In this document: one piece after another, positions 59,423 through 64,000 of the stretch
Layout: each line of letters begins with the position of its first letter
Numbering within the stretch: position 1 is the first letter of the stretch
NCBI RefSeq assembly: GCF_009914755.1
Contig: NC_060941.1
Length of the DNA stretch: 64,000 bases
Strand: one strand, 5' to 3'
Origin: the human T2T-CHM13v2.0 reference genome, Homo sapiens
Made by a program: the position numbers and the translations under genes
The notes under the pieces: generated by a model
Databases searched by the model: none
What the model was told of the DNA's origin: nothing
What the model saw: only the letters and a program-made list of their open reading frames with translations

Positions 59423-60371
59423 TGTTGGGGGCTGAATAGTAGCCCCCAAAGATATCCACACCCTGATCCCTGCAAGCTGTGAATCCTACCTCATATGGCA
59501 AAAAGGCCTGTGCAGATGTGATTAAGGATCTTGAGAAGTTGGCCTGGACTATCCAGGTAGGCCCTAACTGTGATCACAAGTGTCTTTATAAGAGAGAGGC
59601 AGAGGGAGATCTGATCCCAGAGAGGTAGTAGGCAGTGTGATAATGGAAGCAAGAGGTTGGAAGGATTCAAGGAAGGGGTCAAAGAAAACAGATTCTCCCC
59701 CAGAACTTCCAGAAGGAAGCCACGCAGATGCCTGGACTTTTGCTCAGTGAAGCTGGTCTCCAGAACTGTGAAAGAATGAATTTGTGTTGTTTTAAGCCAC
59801 TACCCTTCCCGAAGGCAGGACTAATCTTCCCCACCTTTCTGACTATAGGTCTTGAGACCCTCCCCAGAGCGGGACCCGCCCTATACCCTTGGGGAAGGAA
59901 TGCTGATGTCATGAAGCTTCCATAAAACCCCAAGAGGACAGGGTTCTCTGGGGAGCTTCCAGATAGCTGAGCACATGGAGGTTCCTAGAGGGTGGAGCAT
60001 CCAGGAAGGGCATAGAAGCTCCACAGCCCTTCGCCCACACCTCACCCTATGCATCTCTTCACCTGTAGCCTTCGTAACAGCCTTTAGAATAAACCACTAA
60101 ACGTGTTTCTCTGAGTTCTTCAAGCTGGAGAACCATCTTCTTCCTTGTCAGTCCCTCTGAGCCCTCATCGTGACTGTGCAGGGAAAACTCTCTCCAACCA
60201 TGCTCTTCCTCTGCTCTCACCCCACAACAATCAACACAGAAGATGTTGGTGACCAAATCTGTGGGGATTATCCCCCCAACACGGAGCTGCGGACACCTGC
60301 TGGGTGTTCTCCAATTCAATTCTGACCACTGAGTTTGTGGTCATTTATCACACCAGCAATAAGAAACTAAT
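59423..60371 (+). mobile_element. MLT1C/D LTR split by a ~520-bp MER21A-derived insertion
   Basis: TGTTGGGGGCTGAATAG...TTTTAAGCCACT breaks at 59801 and resumes CCACTGAGTTTGTGGTC...AAACTAAT at ~60326. Confidence 0.85.
59802..60325. repeat. Local duplicate of the upstream MER21A: direct segment plus inverted segment
   Basis: 59802-60119 matches ~57668-57979 (direct); ~60131-60325 is the reverse complement of ~58163-58326. Confidence 0.88.
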
Positions 60372-60559
60372 CTTGTCAATACAGTGTATTTTCCGAGAGC
60401 CTTTTGAAGAGAGTATCATAGGAGAGATATTGGTAACAGTGAAGGGGAGCTGGGCAAAAGGGGTGGGAGCTGGAATTTGGCTTGGAAAGCTCAAACCAAC
60501 ACCCTGCAGCCTCAGCAAGAAAAGAGCAGGTCTGTGAGAGCATCTAAGGCAAGAAGTGG

Positions 60560-60745
60560 CCCTGGCTTCGAAGTGGAATGTTAAATTAAACCATTTGCTG
60601 ACTGATAACTTGGGCAGGTGGCTTCATCTCTGAAAGCCTCAGTTTCATCATTGCAAAATAGAGATATTATTATCCACCTTGCAAAGCTCTTAGGATTAAA
60701 TGAGATAATACATGAAAAGCAGCTGGCACATGGTAGATGCCAAAT
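60560..60745 (+). mobile_element. MIR
   Basis: CTTGGGCAGGTGGCTTCATCTCTGAAAGCCTCAGTTTCATC...GGATTAAATGAGATAA. Confidence 0.85.
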
Positions 60746-60789
60746 ACACCACAACCCTTAGGAAAGAGTAGGTGTGCACAGATGAGCAT

Positions 60790-61600
<811 letters not shown>

Positions 61601-61636
61601 AGATATAGGCAAGTAGGATTCAGAGTCACTCAAAGA

Positions 61637-62230
61637 CAATGGTTCTCAAACTGTAGCCCTGATCAACAGGCTTGACATCACCTGGGAACTTGTTAGGAAT
61701 GCAAGTTCCTGAGCTCCACTCCAGATTTACTGAATAAAAAACTCTGAGAGTGCAGCCCAGCAATTTGCTTTAATAAGCTCTCCAGGTGATTCTGATGCAA
61801 ACTCAAGTGTGAGAACTACTAGTCTAGAGCAAGATTTCTCAACCAGGCATGCTTGGGGTGGGACAATTCTTGGTTGTGGGAAACTGTCCTGTGCATTGTG
61901 CGACGTTCAGTGCCATCCCCAGCCTCTACTCACTAGATGCCAGAGCCCCCCGCAACCTGATCCTAGGCGTGATCATCAAAAATGTCTCAGACATCGGGGT
62001 ATGCCTGGGATTGGGGGAGCGGACAGTAAGAGTGTCCCCAGTGTAGAAACACTGTCCCAAAGGAGTAATTCTTAACCTTGGCTACGCTATAGAATCACCT
62101 AGGAAGCTTTTCAAAATTCCACTGTCTCAGCCTCATCCCAACCCAGTTAAGGCAGAATCTATGAGGGCAGGAGGGAGACAGCAGTGAAAACTCCCTGGCT
62201 GAGTCCAATGATGAGCCAAGGTTAAGAATC
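61637..62230. mobile_element. Tandem hAT-Charlie cluster: MER5A, MER20 (-), MER5-type
   Basis: CAATGGTTCTCAAAC...TGAGAACTACT; TTTCTCAACC...CAAAAATGTCTC; TTCTTAACCTTGGCT...AGAATCACCT. Confidence 0.82.
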
Positions 62231-63382
62231 GCTCATTGCAGAGGGGCAGCCAGCCAGAAGAGGAACTGTGTGCTGCGAGCTGGTGAAGGTACTGAATCCT
62301 GATCGTGAGCAGGACATAAGAGGTTCCAAAGCAAAAACTGTAATAAGAGTGGCTGGGGTAGACCTGGGAACCAACATTGTACCTGCCAGATGGGTGACTA
62401 GACGGGGTGGAATTCCTGGCAGCTGTGTCACCTCATTTCCCATAAGAACAGGGTGGACACCTTTCAGTCTCTCACATAAATAACCACACAAAGCCTCAGT
62501 TTTCTCCCCTAATAAGCAGCAAACAATAAGCCAGCTCCCATGAGGTGCTAAGCATTAGCTCATCCCACGAAAAGAACTGTCTTAATAAAGGCAGCCATGT
62601 GACCGTGAGCCTCTTTCAAGATAAACTCCATGGGCACAAGGATACTCTCTGAGCAAGCACAGATTTCACATATATTTAATGGAGCCCTGACAATAAGCTT
62701 GGCAATGGGGCCATAAAGGAGGTGGAGTGGAGAAGGAAGAATTAAACGAGAAACCAGTGACCAAGAATGAGGGAGGGATGAACAAGCAGATGCTCTCTCC
62801 TTAAAAAGAAAGATTAAGTCCCGTATAAATTCTTTCTCCTGCCGGGAATGACTTTTTTCTTCATTATTTCATTCCCAGCCTGCTCTGCTAAAATGCTGAG
62901 CCGAGCTTTTCCTTGTTTCCCTTGGCTTAAATCATTAAGTCCAGGATGTCAGTATGGGGAGGCAAGGGGGTGTGGAGAAAAGGAGGAAGCCAACCGGCTC
63001 TCACTCTCTCAGGTGTACCAAGTCACTGCAGGACCAGGATCAATGGCTTCCCTGCACTCTACGTTTTCAGCCCCACCTGGCTAGCCCAGATGGAAAGATA
63101 AAGGAACAGGTACCAGTCTATAAAGCATGTCTCCCGGAGGCCTTAGGGCCAGCATGTCCATTCTTTCCCAAGGGATTTGCCTTCTATTCTTTCAGTCCTT
63201 TTACTGCAGCTGATTGGGACAAGGAAGAAGACGTCCAATTGCTCCATACCAGCAAGACCAGAAAGACAAGGAACCCAGGATTCTGTTCCAGGTTCCTTTT
63301 CTGTGCCTAAGGATTTCCAACAGGTCACTGCAACAAGTGAGTCTGAAGAATATCGGACCTTGTTGCTTCCAGTGTTCCCACC

Positions 63383-63703
<321 letters not shown>

Positions 63704-64000
63704 CACATTCCTTTCCTTACCCTCACCACCCCCTCCTCACAAAGTCAGAGATCTCCCACTTGACTCAAGTCCCTGGGTTCCCTCCAGCCAGTAAACGCCG
63801 TGTGCAAATGTCCTGACTCTTGCAAAAGTGTTAAAAAACAAACCTTAAAAAGCTTCCAGATGTTCTGTTTGTATTGTGGTGCTTCTCTGCGCTGGTCTCC
63901 AGAGGCCAATACGCAGTGCACAGCATCCTGACTGCCCAGATAAAATATGAGGCAGCCAAGAGGCACAGCCTGGGGGTGAGTGGGGATGACCCTTCCCCCA

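Overview
Primate (human-like) non-coding genomic DNA. About half is interspersed repeat: about 25 Alus, plus MIR, L1, L2, MaLR/ERVL LTRs and hAT/Tigger DNA transposons. I find no credible protein-coding gene; the ORF track is dominated by Alu/LTR translations and chance frames. The one recognisable gene feature is a minus-strand terminal exon (~54401-55895) that I identify as the last exon of the lncRNA LINC00673/LINC00511 (chr17q24.3, downstream of SOX9). This rests on my recollection of a published qPCR primer pair and on the sequence context expected at the rs11655237/miR-1231 site, so it needs BLAT confirmation. The rest reads as lncRNA intron or gene desert with several enhancer-like motif clusters. 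I see no evidence of a new genetic system. The most unusual signals are repair and template-switch scars: a locally templated, partly inverted MER21A-plus-flank copy inserted into an MLT1 LTR, three A-A'-A fold-back palindromes, and a mosaic AluS/AluY. A 44-bp tandem repeat that multiplies an AP-1 site also stands out. Repeat subfamily names and boundaries are by-eye estimates.
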